Shown in pieces: positions 38,157 to 50,929 of a stretch of DNA of 64,000 nt. The stretch is from Alloascoidea hylecoeti (lineage: Eukaryota). The position numbers and the translations under genes are program-made. The stretch lies in assembly GCA_001600815.1 (NCBI GenBank), contig BCKZ01000005.1:133532-197531 (forward strand), read 5' to 3'. Position 1 is the stretch's first letter. Each line of letters opens with the position of its first letter. The notes below the pieces were generated by a model. It was not told the DNA's origin, did not search any database, and saw nothing but the letters and a program-made list of their open reading frames with translations.

Positions 38157-41088
38157 ATGTTAAAGATACAGGTGATTATCATCCCTTCCCAGTCGCCGCA
38201 ATCTACTTCAAGTGCAATAAACTCCATCGGTGGTAATTATTATGGTTATCCACCTTCAAACTTTTCATCTCCAATGGCGCCGCAGGTTGGGAGAATAGGT
38301 TGGTCACCGATTCATCCACAGGCCCCCTCGCCTATTTATAGCCAGGATGGTAGCATTAGAAGAGACCATCAGAAGTTTTTACACATAACTGAGCTTGATA
38401 AATCAATGTTAGAGGTGGCTCAAGAAATAGCTGCTCGGTATCATAAACTTTACCCTGAAGAAAAGTAAGTTTTTTTTTTCTTTTTTTCTTTTATGCAAAC
38501 AAACTAACTAGTTAAATTTATGAAGACCCCTTGATATTGAAAAACTTCAGGATATTAATGAATGTGACTTAGATCCCGACTATATTGTTTCTGAAGTCTT
38601 TACTACTAATAATAGTGTACTTCGTGTCTTAACGTCACCAACATCCCCTCTTGCTCAATCAGAACAACTTAATGAAGACGAACTTAGTACTTTACACATC
38701 CCCAAAATTCGTGCTAGCAAATTTCATCAAACACCAATAGAGCATTCTTCAAATCTTGGTCAAGCTATTGCGAAACGTAAGGCCACTAGTGAACTATACG
38801 GCTATGCCAATGGAAATGGAATAAATGGGTCGCACAAGAAAGTTAGACACGGTTTACGCGGATTGAATAACAGAGCAACAATGTCTCCTCATGTAACATA
38901 TCAAACAGATAACACAGATGATATAAAATTCAAATTTTCACCTGTTAAACCAAATCATCATCGAAAATCTTTCCCATTACAGCATACAAATAAAAGATCA
39001 CCATCTATTCATTTAGGTCTACCTGATGGAAGTTTTAATGAAGAAACAGATGCAAATATTACATTACCACCACCAGAAGAAGATAGTGAACCTGATGTTG
39101 ATCCTCAAAAATCACCCGCTCCAATTTTGCCTGCTGTAATTCCTGTTCTTAGTAATAATAATATACCATCATCATCTTCTGGATCATCTTCAGTATCACC
39201 TCCTCCCACTTTTAGATCTTCCTCGAGGCGTGTTCCATCTTTATTACCAGAACAAATCCAAAAAGATATTGAAATAGTACATAATTCACAATCTCCTTCA
39301 AAAACTTTATTTAGTAGTGATAGTAGGGGAAGATCTGGTAGACAGCAAGAAAACAATACAGAGAAACCCACACTGGATGGGCTTACTGAAGAAACTATAG
39401 AAGCATTCAATTTACTTAAAGGGAATCAAAAGAAAAACAATAAAGCTGAAGAGGAAAAAGTTGAAGAAGCTAAGTTAAGATTACAGAAAAGGGTAGAAAG
39501 AGAGAATGAGAAGTTGAAGAAAGAAAAGGAAAAATTAGCTAAAGAACAACTCAAGAAGGAAAAATTAGAAAAGGAAAGGTTAGCGAAAAAACAAATTCAG
39601 AAAGAAAAACTTGAAAAAAGGCAGCAACGACTACAAAAACGTAAAAAGGAAAAACACGAACCTCAAGAAAAGCTTAAGAACGGGAAGTTAGAAGACAAAG
39701 AGTTGCCAAAGAAAAAGCTTGAGAACCAGAAGTTAGAAGAGGAAGTGTTACCAAAGGAAAAGCTTAAGAAGGAGCAGAGAAGTAAGATAGGCTATGAAGA
39801 AAAGATTATAAACCTAAATTTAGAAAAAGAAAAGTTAGCAAATAAGATACTCAAACAAGAAAATTTTGAGAGGAAAAGCCTAAATCTCCAAAAAAAGAAG
39901 GAAACGCAAGAAGTGCTAGAGACGGATGGTGAAGAGAAAAAAGAAAATGATAAGAAAGTGAACAAGGAGAAGGAGACACAAGAAAAGGCAAGAAAACCAA
40001 AGCTAATAGAGGAAAAATTGAAGATAGAATCAAAAGAAAAGAAGAAAGGAGCCGAAAATATTGAGAAGACGGAAAAAAAACAACAGGAAAATTCAAAAGA
40101 GTTAAATAAAAATGTTGAATCAAAATTCTTAGAGAATGGAAAACAGAATACCGAACTAGAGGATGATCGACCAATGATCGAAGTATTTCGACCAACAAGA
40201 ACTGTGAAAAATGATCATAGTAAGAATAATGAAGTTCCTAGTCCGAATCCTCAATCACAAACCACAACAGACACTCTACCACTAACGCAACCAATATCTA
40301 CGATTACGCAACTCGGTGTAGATGTAATGGAAATTGATTCTGAAAGTGAAAATGAGTCTGGCTCTAGTTCTGATTCTGACTCCGATTCCGATTCTGATTC
40401 CGATTCTGACAGGAATGATAATAGTACTGATTCTGTTAAAAGACCACGATTAGTTGCTGATCTAGATGATAATAATAAAAACAATTCAAATGTAGAAAGA
40501 GTAATAGAAAAATCTAAACCGAATGATGAAGCCTCAAAATTTGCAAATAATCCAAGTCAAACAAATGGAGAAGCAAAATCTGAGTACAAACCAACTAATT
40601 CTGTTCGAAAGTTATCACCACAAGTTGCATCCAAAACATCAAGCCTTGTATCTTTAAACTCGTTAGTTGAAAGAGGTATCCCTAATGTTAAAGAACGGCC
40701 AAGAGCCAGTCAAATTTCTTCCCGAAAGTTAGACATAGAGAAGTTAAAATCAGAAATCAATTCAGCCTCCGACTCCGACTCCGACTCCGATTCTGATTCT
40801 GATTCTGATTCTGATTCTGATTCTGATTCTGATTCTGATTCCGATGGTGATCCCCGAACACATAAAGATGGTTCAGATGATTCCGATTCTAGTTCAGACG
40901 AGTCTGATTCTGATTCGGACGATAATGAATCAAGTTCTAATTCAACTAAAAAACAAACTAATGATCAGTTTTTAGGATCAAAGAAAGCGTCATTATTATT
41001 GAAAAAAGCTAAAGGTGGGTCAAAAAAGAAAAGAATAAGTTCTGGATTAAAAGGTTTATTACAAGATGCCTTAGGATCAGGAGCTTAA
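38157..41088 (+). CDS. NET1: Nucleolar Cdc14-binding protein Net1/Tof2; join(38157..38464,38526..41088)
   Basis: N-terminal MLKIQVIIIP...KFLHIT...KLYP[intron]PLDIEKLQDINECDLDPDYIVSEVF; C-terminal SLVSLNSLVERGIPNVKE and SGLKGLLQD, as in Net1. Intron 38465-38525 restores the frame. Confidence 0.85.
40768..40845. repeat. Hexanucleotide (GAYTCY)n coding microsatellite encoding Ser-Asp repeats in NET1
   Basis: gactcc/gattct arrays here and at about 40368-40410. Confidence 0.9.
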
Positions 41089-41616
41089 CTATAGTTTATT
41101 CACTAATTATTTGATGATGCATAATCAATTAAAACAACTATATTTTGTATTTATATTTTTATTTATAAACTTAACATTTTTTTTTTATTTTATTTTCTTC
41201 AGTTGTTGACAAAAGAAAAGAATTCATTTTTATTTTTCTTTACGATTCAAGAGCATAATTATAAATTTATAATCATAATAAATTGAACAAATGAATCTAC
41301 TTCTACTTCAGTGGTTATATAAAACTAAAAACAATATAATATGTATAACTAATATTATATTCGAAGTCTGTTCTACCTATCATTCGTGTGCTTTTGTAAT
41401 ATATATTCTTAAACTAAATTTTAATTTAAAATGGCATACCATAACATGTTTATATGATATGATCAAAAATTGTGTAGTTACACATAAAGTTTATATCAGG
41501 TACCTTATAACCAGCTTTATCTTCATAAGATCTTGAACTTCATCATGTTGAAAATTTCTAGTAACCTTCAAGAATCTAAAACCATTAGATCACACCAGGA
41601 TTAACAGATTTAGGTA

Positions 41617-41960
41617 ATGGAATGTAGTAAAAGGAAAACGGAGCCTGAGTCTCAACCATCCATCGTGAATGGTATAAATGAAACTATCGAGAAAGAGAAT
41701 CAAACACCGACAGGGAGAGCATATGGTCTCTATCGAAAGGTAAAGGTAAGTTTTTTTTTATTTTACTTTGATTATTATAATTTATCATTGCTTTACACAT
41801 GCATATTAATGTTGACCTGTTATATTAGCCCTCATTTATGAATCCCCTTAAGGATTACAAAAGATGTAGAAGTTTTGGTGAACTTGGTTTTTGTCTAAGA
41901 GCTCGGAAAAGATGATCTAGAGCATTTTTCCCTGCCTAGGGTGACACCAAATGCAAAAAA
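41617..41960 (+). pseudogene. Diverged, truncated third copy of the ORF family carried in the 31.8-34.2 kb palindrome
   Basis: SQPSIVNG..ET...GRAYGLYRKVK, an intron at the same position (41746-41828, GTAAGT..TAG), then ITKDVEVLVNLVFV followed by a stop. Confidence 0.75.
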
Positions 41961-42069
41961 GAGACAGACTATAGCTACTTGTATTTTCTTAATTTATAGC
42001 TCATTTAAATCGAAATTTATAATATAAGCCCTTACATTAGTTATTATAAAGGAAAAGGAAGAAATATTA

Positions 42070-42860
42070 GGGACAACATTCGTATACCAAAACCACCTCT
42101 TAGATATTAATTCAATCATCTGTAATATTATAAAAAGAGATTTTCTTATCTTTTATAAACTTCGAAAGTCTTTGAGCAAAGCTGAAGTTGGAAAAAATAA
42201 ACCTCTAGATCAAGACATATCTACTATATCCTTTTTTTCTTTTTCCCATTTAAATCTCTTAGTCAATATTATATCTGATGGTAAAGGCAAGTAATTATTG
42301 TAATTATTTAATGTCATACAACATTGATAGACCTAGTTTTGAAGAAGTTAGTATTGCAATATATATCATACATACAAATGTGAGAATGATTTATAAAGAA
42401 CTTCCCCCTGAATTTCCAGTGTTCGAATTCATAATTATTAAGTATTATACTTAAACCTTTTATTTTTGTTGACAAAACCAAACTTAGGGTCATGATATTT
42501 ATAAATTTAACCATCAGATCTTGCGTAACATATTTATCCTTTAATTCATGGACTGATCCTTCCTCCTGAACATTGACATTTAGTCTGTGTTACTTGAATG
42601 GAAAAAAATAGCATGTTGAATAAACTAGTGGTGAATATAATGCCAAAGATATCGTCCATAATTTGGTTAATATCAGTCAACAATACAAGAAACAACCAGT
42701 CCTTTGTTTAAAAAAGCATTATACGGCCTAAAAAAAAGTCCCTTAGATTTTTACTTATTCATGGTGTTTTCACCAAATCTTTTGGGATTCCATGTGCTCA
42801 TAAAATATATGAAAAGCTTAATATCACTCAAACACCCAAAGACTCAAATATATTTTTGAA
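42070..42860 (+). mobile_element. Possible Mutator-like (MULE) transposase remnant
   Basis: GVFTKSFGIPCAHKIYEKL at about 42760-42820 resembles the SWIM-finger region of fungal MULE transposases. The remainder is heavily decayed and boundaries are approximate. Confidence 0.4.
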
Positions 42861-43333
42861 AGGAAATTTGAAATCTGAGAAAGAAAACAACAGCATTAAT
42901 CATCGATATAAAATAGATATACTATATTATAAAAGATTGACATTACTTGAAATCTGCAGCTCATAGTTTCAAAAAATGAATTCGGAACCAATAAATAATT
43001 TAACGGATTAATTGTAATTCATTAACCTAAAACCAATCAAATAAACAGATATATGATACAATTTCAAAAGATAGTTAGGTATATCTACATAATTTATAGT
43101 TAATTATTTTTAAATATCTTAGTACTATTAGAGGTACCCTCACTATAATCACACACTTTCCCCCGGTATACGTAAACATGTGCACGTTTGGATATAAATA
43201 TATAATTTCAGTTTTATTTATGAGATATACATGTATATGGTATATATGTTACCTATAACTTTTATTATAATTTGAATGAATTTTTGATTAAAATGTGCCA
43301 TTACAAGCTTAAGCAGTTATTATAAAAAATATA

Positions 43334-44191
43334 TTAAAGTCCAAGTAAAAACGCAACAAATGTAATTAATCCAGAAGAAATCAAACCTGATTGAACAGTT
43401 ATATGATTTAATCCGTTTGTTTTAGTTGCTGACGATGATGATGAAGGGCCACCTTTACTAGTAGTTGTATATTTAGATGAGGAGGAGACCAAGCTCGAGG
43501 ATTGCAAATCCAAGGAAAAAGAAGACAAGCTAGACATATAATTAGAAGTGAATATTAGGGTTGATTCAGTAGAAGAACTTACCTTTGAAGAATAAGTTGT
43601 GAATGAAGTTACTGCGGCTGTTAATGAAGCAGCACCGGAACTTTTGCTAGCACTATTAGTTGGGACCACGTAAGTTGAAGTACTAGAAGATTTAGCAGCA
43701 GAAGATGAAGTTGCTTTATGAGTTTCTGAACTACTAGAAGATTCATCGGCAGAGGATGAAGTTACTTTATGAGTTTCTGAAGGACTAGAAGATTCATCAG
43801 TAGAGGATTTAGATTCTTGAGTTTCTGAACTGAGGGTTGATGAAGATTCAGTGACATCACTTGAACTTGGACTAGAAGTAGAAGTAGAACTTGATTTGGA
43901 GCTGGAACTGGCAGAACTGGAGGAGGATTTAACTACAACATCAAAACCAAATCCCGAGCAAATTGATTTATATGCAGTAATACCATTATCGGCGTCACCA
44001 TTTGGACAGGTAGAGTCGTAACATTGTAAGGCAGCGGAACTTTGTTCAGAGCAAATGCATTCGTAGTTATGGATGCCGTCACATTTTCTTCCAATTTGAG
44101 CCACACATGCTAAATGACAAGCAGGGACTCCTGCAATAACAGATACGAATGTTGAAAATAGAACGGTTAAAAGAAAGATACCTTGTTTCAT
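43334..44191 (-). CDS. CCW14: GPI-anchored CFEM cell-wall protein, Ccw14/Ssr1-like
   Basis: PACHLACVAQIG...CDG..NYECIC...CYDSTCPNGDADNGITAYKSICS matches Ccw14 (PACLLACVAQVG...CPNNDADAAYSAFKSSCS). Ser-rich stalk and GPI signal. Confidence 0.82.
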   Translation of the reverse strand: MKQGIFLLTVLFSTFVSVIAGVPACHLACVAQIGRKCDGIHNYECICSEQSSAALQCYDSTCPNGDADNGITAYKSICSGFGFDVVVKSSSSSASSSSKSSSTSTSSPSSSDVTESSSTLSSETQESKSSTDESSSPSETHKVTSSSADESSSSSETHKATSSSAAKSSSTSTYVVPTNSASKSSGAASLTAAVTSFTTYSSKVSSSTESTLIFTSNYMSSLSSFSLDLQSSSLVSSSSKYTTTSKGGPSSSSSATKTNGLNHITVQSGLISSGLITFVAFLLGL

Positions 44192-45549
44192 ATTGATTTA
44201 ACGGATGAGAAATTTAGAAAAGAAAGAATGAAAATTATGATCAGTTGGAAAATGGAAGGAAAAAACAACAAATGTTTTCTGCTTCTAGATCCAACCAATA
44301 GCAAACTGTAAACAATTGCAATGCAGTACTGAATATACGCGGTATCCCTCGTAAACTGTATTCTAATGCATACATCATCATAATTAATTTTTTCTAATAT
44401 TTTTGACAATCCCATGGTACCTATACCAAACTATAAGCCACCTATTTTCCTTAAGAGAAGCTTGCTATAGTTGGAAAAAATTGTTTTAATCCTTTAAAAC
44501 TGTTATTTAATTTAATTGGGGGATGAAGAAATATCTTTTCGAGAGTGGCTGCGCTAAAAATAGATAGAAAATGGGCATTTTGTTTCATGTAAAGCCTTAA
44601 GCTTAAATTTGTATCCAAACTTTATTCTTTAAATAGCTGTTTACTTGCCTGTAATGCTTGGGCAGTGAATTTAAAGTGCAAGTTTCCTAAATCTAGATAT
44701 CCCATTAATGAGTTATTTGAGGTTTTCCTTAACCAACAATGATCATATCTTACAACTTAAGCAGGATCTTGTAATATCATTGAAAAAATATATAAGGTCT
44801 ATGATTGAAAATTAAGTAAGCTTAGAAAAACAATAATTAAGTATAAGGCCTATTCAAAACAATCAGTCAGTAAATATTGAAAGAAACTAGACTCCAGATT
44901 ATAATGTAATTATAATATTGATTAGATACTATTACCGTATTGGGATTAGAATTGGTATATTGATATATTTCTATTTTAAACTAATATTCATGATCGCATA
45001 GGTATACCCTCAGAAGACTTTATAGAATTAGTTTGTAACTTATTACGCAGAACTTTAATACTTATAGCCTATATATCAAGATTATATATATATATATTGA
45101 CATTATTATGACCCTTAGTTCTAATATAACGAAAGATTGCGAATGGAACGTATTTATAAAATTAAAAACAAAGTAGATTTTTCAAATTATTAGTGGTTCT
45201 GTAACGTTAAGATGGCTTCTCGACAGAATAGGGACTCTACTTTTTAAATAACATTTAATCGTGTAATATGACTATAACTATATCACAATGATTCCTATCA
45301 ACTTCATCCATTCTGATTAGTTAGCGGTGGAACCATAATTGGGCCGATACCTATACTGGGACAGAATATAACGTTAATATGTTTTAATTACCAACTCGAT
45401 CTTCCGCGGAGACATATAAGGCCATCTCTACAAGATATTCCGGGTATACCGTAACTTATTGCCGTTTCAATAATCACGATCGCAAGTTATAGGTATATAA
45501 TATTATATTAATTAAGAGGAGTTAGAGGTATACGTAGGAAGTTTTACAG

Positions 45550-46140
45550 ATCGTCGAGTGGAGGACCACTTAGGCAATGTCTTCTTCACGGCTCTATTAC
45601 CGGTATAGCAACGCTAACTCTTCTCGCAGCTGCACTAAAGGGCTCTTTTGGGCTTGAAATTGATTTTATTTTTTCAATCATTCTTTCACAGAATCTTTTG
45701 TATTACAAGGAGTGATTGCAACTATTGTTGCTACTCCAGTTAAACACCTGTCAAAGGCTCTATCATGTTGACAGGTAAATCGCTGATCAGATTGTGATCT
45801 TGACACATGATTAAAGTGCCTGCAATACAAGTCCACCAGCTTCATGGCATGAGCCCTATCTTTTTCCGCTGACATCACCCTCTTATTAGCTGTAAGTTTT
45901 TTTTCATGAGTGGTTTTAACAAGTGCACCATCTAGGCTCCTTTTATTCTCAGAAGGGATGTTTTCCTTAAATTTTAAATTCTTGATGATAATGTTAGGAT
46001 CAAATGGATAGTATATGATAAGATTTATGCCCTTATGCAAAGAAAATCTATTTTTTTTTTTTTTTGAAATCAGTGTATTTAGAGCCTCTGTCAAGTAAAA
46101 TCCCAGAGTTCCATGACGAAAAGCAAGAAATATCAATAAC
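45550..46140. repeat. Degenerate dispersed repeat, copy B, with a residual minus-strand ORF (45678-46136)
   Basis: Homologous to 10585-11010 in the same orientation. Both copies give xxHDRA..and IEKIxSISxPK fragments on the minus strand. Confidence 0.65.
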
Positions 46141-47009
46141 TTGTAGGTTCCTTACAACGATCGATGAGCTCAGTATTTAGTATTTATATGAGTGGCATGT
46201 CCTTCAAGGATAAGAAATGTTTCTTTAAAGGAAAACTCTTTAAATTTCCACATTAAGTAAGTATATATGAATTATATCCACTACATGCGTTAGTATTACG
46301 TACTATTTGGAAGGGTAATTATGTAACGACCTATTTATTGTTTTCTCCCTCCTCTCTAAGCAATGGAGGACATCCTATATTACAAATATAGCTAGCTATA
46401 TCAAAAAAAATTAACAGACAGGCGGATTAGACTCTAATCACACAAACCCACTTAAGAAGGGTCTGCGAAGGGATGGAATACGATGATGAACTCCTTCACT
46501 AACCCTTCTCGAGGAGTTTGTGTTGTTAGAGCCTAGGCCTGTCTGGTAAAGCTTAGATAAACACTGTAAACTACACTACTGTAAGGATGTTAGACCAAGT
46601 AGGTAGGAAGACTGGAGAAGAACTCACGGAATAACTAACAGATCTCTTTAATTTAGGTAACCCGGATATAAAACCTGGTATTCAGAGTCCCAAATTGACT
46701 CCCAAATTAACTCCCAATACATCCTATACGAGAAACTCCCCCCAAAATAAATCTTTCCATAACTACATAATTAATATCAAGTACGTAGATCGGAAGAATA
46801 TACCTACAAAATAGTACAAGTACAAGGGCATTTCCAGCCGCCAGCCGAAATTATTACATAGTCCAAACCGGGAACCCCCTTCGGAATTAGCCGAGTGGCG
46901 AAAAGAAATATTACTGATACATTACATAATACTTTACTTCTCTTGATCATCGTTCTTTAAAAAGATCGTACAGTGTATTCTTTTTCATTAACAATTACAA
47001 ACAAAGAAA

Positions 47010-47786
47010 ATGACTGGGAACAGTAGAATAATATACGTTTCAGAAACTGATCCACTGTTAAGGTCGCCTTCTCAGCAATATAATGATTCATATCGTTTTG
47101 TTGAAGTTAGACCAGTGCCTATAATCCAGAGAAGGAGGCGCACTTCATTTTGTTTTATGTTAGCTATGGTACTCTTAATAGTTTTTTCATTATTCATTCT
47201 ACTACATTTAATAATGCCATATGTATTAAATTTTGCTAGTAAGAGTATTGATTTCAAAATTAATGGATTAAGTCTTGATGGTATTGAAAAAGGATCTATT
47301 GATTTAGAAGTTTTTGCAACAACAGATATCAATTATTTAAATATTGAAAATGATTATGGTAGAAGTGCTGTTAAAGGCTTTTCAAAAACCGTTCAATTTA
47401 GTGTCATTTCTCCCAATGTTGTTTCCGTTTTTTTGTTAAAGGATAAATCATCACTATCTACTGAAGATTTAGATAAGGAACAACAAGAAGTTGAAAATCA
47501 ATCGAAGAAAAAATTCCTCCCACCAAATCTCCCATATAAATATAAAGATCTTATTCCATTGGGTGATTTCACAGTACCTCCTTTAACAATTGATATTCAA
47601 GACCAACATCAAACAAATCTTGACTTCATCACAAAAGTTGAATTTAAAAAATCACTCTATGAAGCACTTAAACAACTAATTACAAGTGAACCAACCCCAA
47701 TTATAATCATGTCTGATCTCGGTATTAGTTTAGGTTATCTTCCAATTGGTACTTATAGTATCATTACTGAGATTTTATTAAATTAA
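47010..47786 (+). CDS. Single-pass type II membrane protein, possibly Tag1/DUF3712-like vacuolar protein
   Basis: N-terminal acidic dileucine motif ETDPLL, RRRR before one TM helix, then a beta-rich luminal domain. Confidence 0.6.
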   Translation: MTGNSRIIYVSETDPLLRSPSQQYNDSYRFVEVRPVPIIQRRRRTSFCFMLAMVLLIVFSLFILLHLIMPYVLNFASKSIDFKINGLSLDGIEKGSIDLEVFATTDINYLNIENDYGRSAVKGFSKTVQFSVISPNVVSVFLLKDKSSLSTEDLDKEQQEVENQSKKKFLPPNLPYKYKDLIPLGDFTVPPLTIDIQDQHQTNLDFITKVEFKKSLYEALKQLITSEPTPIIIMSDLGISLGYLPIGTYSIITEILLN

Positions 47787-48056
47787 TTATGCGACGTTAA
47801 TAACGTTAACATTAACGTTAACTGTCTATAATGTTTTAAAGTTTATGATTATTTATAATTTTTTACATACACGTTTTTTATTCCTTTAATAGACTATAGC
47901 TATGGTGACAGTTAAACATTGTGATACTGTGTAAATTTAAAAAAAGAGAAAATCATTTGATGCAATTATTATCTATGACTTATATTATTAAAATTAATTT
48001 GTATCTGCAAGATTGTGTATCGTTATCCTAAAATTCATTTTCTTATCATGAATCAT

Positions 48057-48983
48057 TTAACCAGGAGGTAAATTAGAAACATCAACAGCTTCAGCGGCAT
48101 TAATAGGTTGTTCTTCATCTTTAGTAAGTATATCTAATGGAGTTCTTGGTAAAGCCATCATACCAGATCTTGCAACTTCTAGAATTCCAAATGGTTGAAT
48201 TAAATGTAGAAAAGATGTAATTCTTGATGGTTTTGCAGAAAGCTCCACAATACAATTTCTATCAGATACATCAACAACTCTTCCACCAAACTGTAGGGCT
48301 AATTTTGAAATAGCTTCTAAATGTTCATGTTTATGTCTTAATGCTTCACTAGGAGCAATATTATTTGGATGATAGTTCTTCTGTTTTCCACTTGTTGTTT
48401 TTGTATTTGAAGTCTGATTCAAATATTCATCATGATGAGCAATCAAATCACCAAAATATTCAGGACCTAATAATGAAACCCTTGCTAATAATAATTCACG
48501 TTTAATAATTGCAGCATTTGTATAATCTAAAACAGCATATACAGGAACTAAATCTTCAATCTGTCTTCTTGCCTGTTCAATAACACCATCTTGACCTTTT
48601 AAAACAATAGTCATTCTTGATAAATCTTTAACTTCAGTATTGCAAACAACAAGTGAATCGATATTAAAACCACGAGCAGCTAAAGTACCAGAGATTCTTG
48701 ATAAAACACCAGGTTCATTTTGCACTAAACAATTTAAAAAATGTGGTTCTACAGGAGATGTTGAAGGGGCTGGAGTTTCATAAAGAATCGAAGAAACCGC
48801 TGTGTTTGCAGACCAATTTGGGGTTTCAATTGTTGGAAGCGGGGGTCGTTTTGTGTTTCTATGCAACGTCTTATAAGAAAGAGCAGATAAAGAACTTCCG
48901 TTACGAACGAAAGAAGTACAGCCGACAAAAGACTTACAAAGAGCAGCGGGTCTTCCCGACAACCGCAACGTTACAGATGACAT
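48057..48983 (-). CDS. ILV6: Acetolactate synthase small regulatory subunit, mitochondrial
   Basis: ACT domain LNCLVQNEPGVLSRISGTLAARGFNIDSLVV, EQARRQIEDLVPV, RSGMMALPR, C-terminal LPPG, mitochondrial leader. Confidence 0.97.
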   Translation of the reverse strand: MSSVTLRLSGRPAALCKSFVGCTSFVRNGSSLSALSYKTLHRNTKRPPLPTIETPNWSANTAVSSILYETPAPSTSPVEPHFLNCLVQNEPGVLSRISGTLAARGFNIDSLVVCNTEVKDLSRMTIVLKGQDGVIEQARRQIEDLVPVYAVLDYTNAAIIKRELLLARVSLLGPEYFGDLIAHHDEYLNQTSNTKTTSGKQKNYHPNNIAPSEALRHKHEHLEAISKLALQFGGRVVDVSDRNCIVELSAKPSRITSFLHLIQPFGILEVARSGMMALPRTPLDILTKDEEQPINAAEAVDVSNLPPG

Positions 48984-49061
48984 TATATTTTAAAGAAATT
49001 GAAGGTTTTGAAGAGAAAAAAAAGAACGAAAGATTAATTAGCCTTTTATCTCCATTCGTTG

Positions 49062-49161
49062 TGACTCAGAGGCCATAATAGGCCGGGTAAACGCATTTTG
49101 CACGTGCTACATCATAGGGCAGAAAAATGGTGATCTTTCCTATTTGGAATTTACAGTCACA
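49062..49161. promoter_or_regulatory. Divergent ILV6/RPL13 promoter with a Gcn4 site, a Cbf1 E-box and a Homol-D box
   Basis: TGACTCA at 49062-49068 (near ILV6), CACGTG at 49101-49106, CAGTCACA at 49154-49161 (about 105 bp before the RPL13 ATG). Confidence 0.65.
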
Positions 49162-49266
49162 ATCATTTTATCTCTGCGTATATTACAGAACGGACGCTTT
49201 GACAAACCATTACCATTAACGAAAGATACCCATTAATTGGATTTTGGCTCACCAACATATACAACA

Positions 49267-50218
49267 ATGGGTAAGTCTACGCTACTTTACTGCAAATATA
49301 TTTGATTATTCTTGGGAAAAACACTATGTGCGACTTCAGTTGATATATGCGTCGGAATTTTATGAAAAATTGGAAGAATGATTGGTTTGAGATCGAGAAA
49401 CAAAGAATGCTTCAACAAATTGTATAACCTCAAAGGATGAACGATTATTATATGAAATAATAGCTATGAATGAATTAATAGAAATATCCATGCAAGTCAA
49501 ATACCCTCACCCCCCAACAATAATCAATATATTGATTTTTTATATATTATAGAACAGGTTATTAACTTTTTTTTCTTCAATAGCTATCTCAAAGAACAAC
49601 GCTATCCAAAAGAACCATTTCAGAAAGGAATGGCAAGAAAGGGTTAAAACCCATTTTGACCAAGCCGGAAAGAAATCTTCCAGAAGAACCGCCAGAGCTA
49701 AGAAAGCTGCTTTGATTGCCCCAAGACCATTGGATATCCTTAGACCAATTGTTCGTGCTCCATCTATCAGATATAACAGAAAGGTTCGTGCCGGTAAAGG
49801 TTTCACATTCGATGAGCTTAAAGCTGTTGGATTAACCCCACAATACGCCCGAACTGTTGGTATTGCTGTTGATCACAGACGACAAAACAAATCTGTTGAA
49901 GGTTTTGAATTAAATGTTCAAAGATTAAAGGAATATCAATCTAAACTTATTGTTTTCCCACGTAAAGCTGGTAAAGTTAAGAAGGGTGATGCTTCTGCTG
50001 AACAAGTTGCTTCTGCCAAACAAATCTTATCAACTGCTGCTGCTTTCCCAATTGCTCAAGCCGCTCCTGTTGTTGCATCCAGAGCTATCTCTGCTGATGA
50101 TAAGAAGGTCGATGCTTTCAAGACATTACGTCTTGCTAGATCAGATGCTAGATATAAAGGTATTCGTGAAAAACGTGCTAAGGATAAAGCTGAAGCTGAA
50201 GCTGAGAAGAAGAAATAG
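49267..50218 (+). CDS. RPL13: 60S ribosomal protein L13 (eL13); join(49267..49270,49584..50218)
   Basis: ATGG, intron 49271-49583 (GTAAGT..ATTAAC..TAG), then [32 protein letters not shown]...RAGKGFT...AVDHRRQN. Confidence 0.97.
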
Positions 50219-50929
50219 GTTTAATAAAACAATATTACAACATTTGAACAAATTATTAATCTTAAATTTGTTTCCTTTACTTATCCTCATTATCCTTCAT
50301 CAATATTCGGTTTCATGTAATGTTTTAGTGTCCAAATAATAAAAAAAAGTTGATATTTCCAAATATTGTGTACAATTATAACCTAAGTATATATAGTTTT
50401 TTTTTTTTTGACTATAATGAATTTACATGAGACTTCATCCCATATGAACTGGTATTGGAAATTTACAATTTAATTTATACGTAAAATTCATTATAAATGA
50501 AATTTATTTCTTTCAATTTATAACTGGTATGTGTAGTTACATATAAGCTTATATGTGGTATTAGACGTGGGCGCTGATTCTTCGCAAATTTATAATTGTG
50601 AATGGAGACAGATAAATTAGACTACTGTCAAATCTTACAGTATTATTAAGATGTATGAAGAACTATTATTACTTAATATAGATTTGGTTACTATTATAGG
50701 TCCGAAAGTAAAATCAACATGAAAAGTGATAAAAGTAATACTACTATTTTGCTTTTGACCAGTAAAATACCAAACTAGCTAGTATCTTGATCGTTCACTT
50801 GTTTTGTTACTCTTATATTGCGTGTGTTTTGAGTGTGTTATATTAGTCAATCAGACAAATTTGGACGTGTTTGCTCTACTACTCTTAATACATTTATTCA
50901 TAATTATAACATACAATATAATCGTTGCT

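Noticed and set aside
49271..49583. Intron-encoded snoRNA in RPL13
   Set aside because: No convincing box C/D or H/ACA pattern seen.
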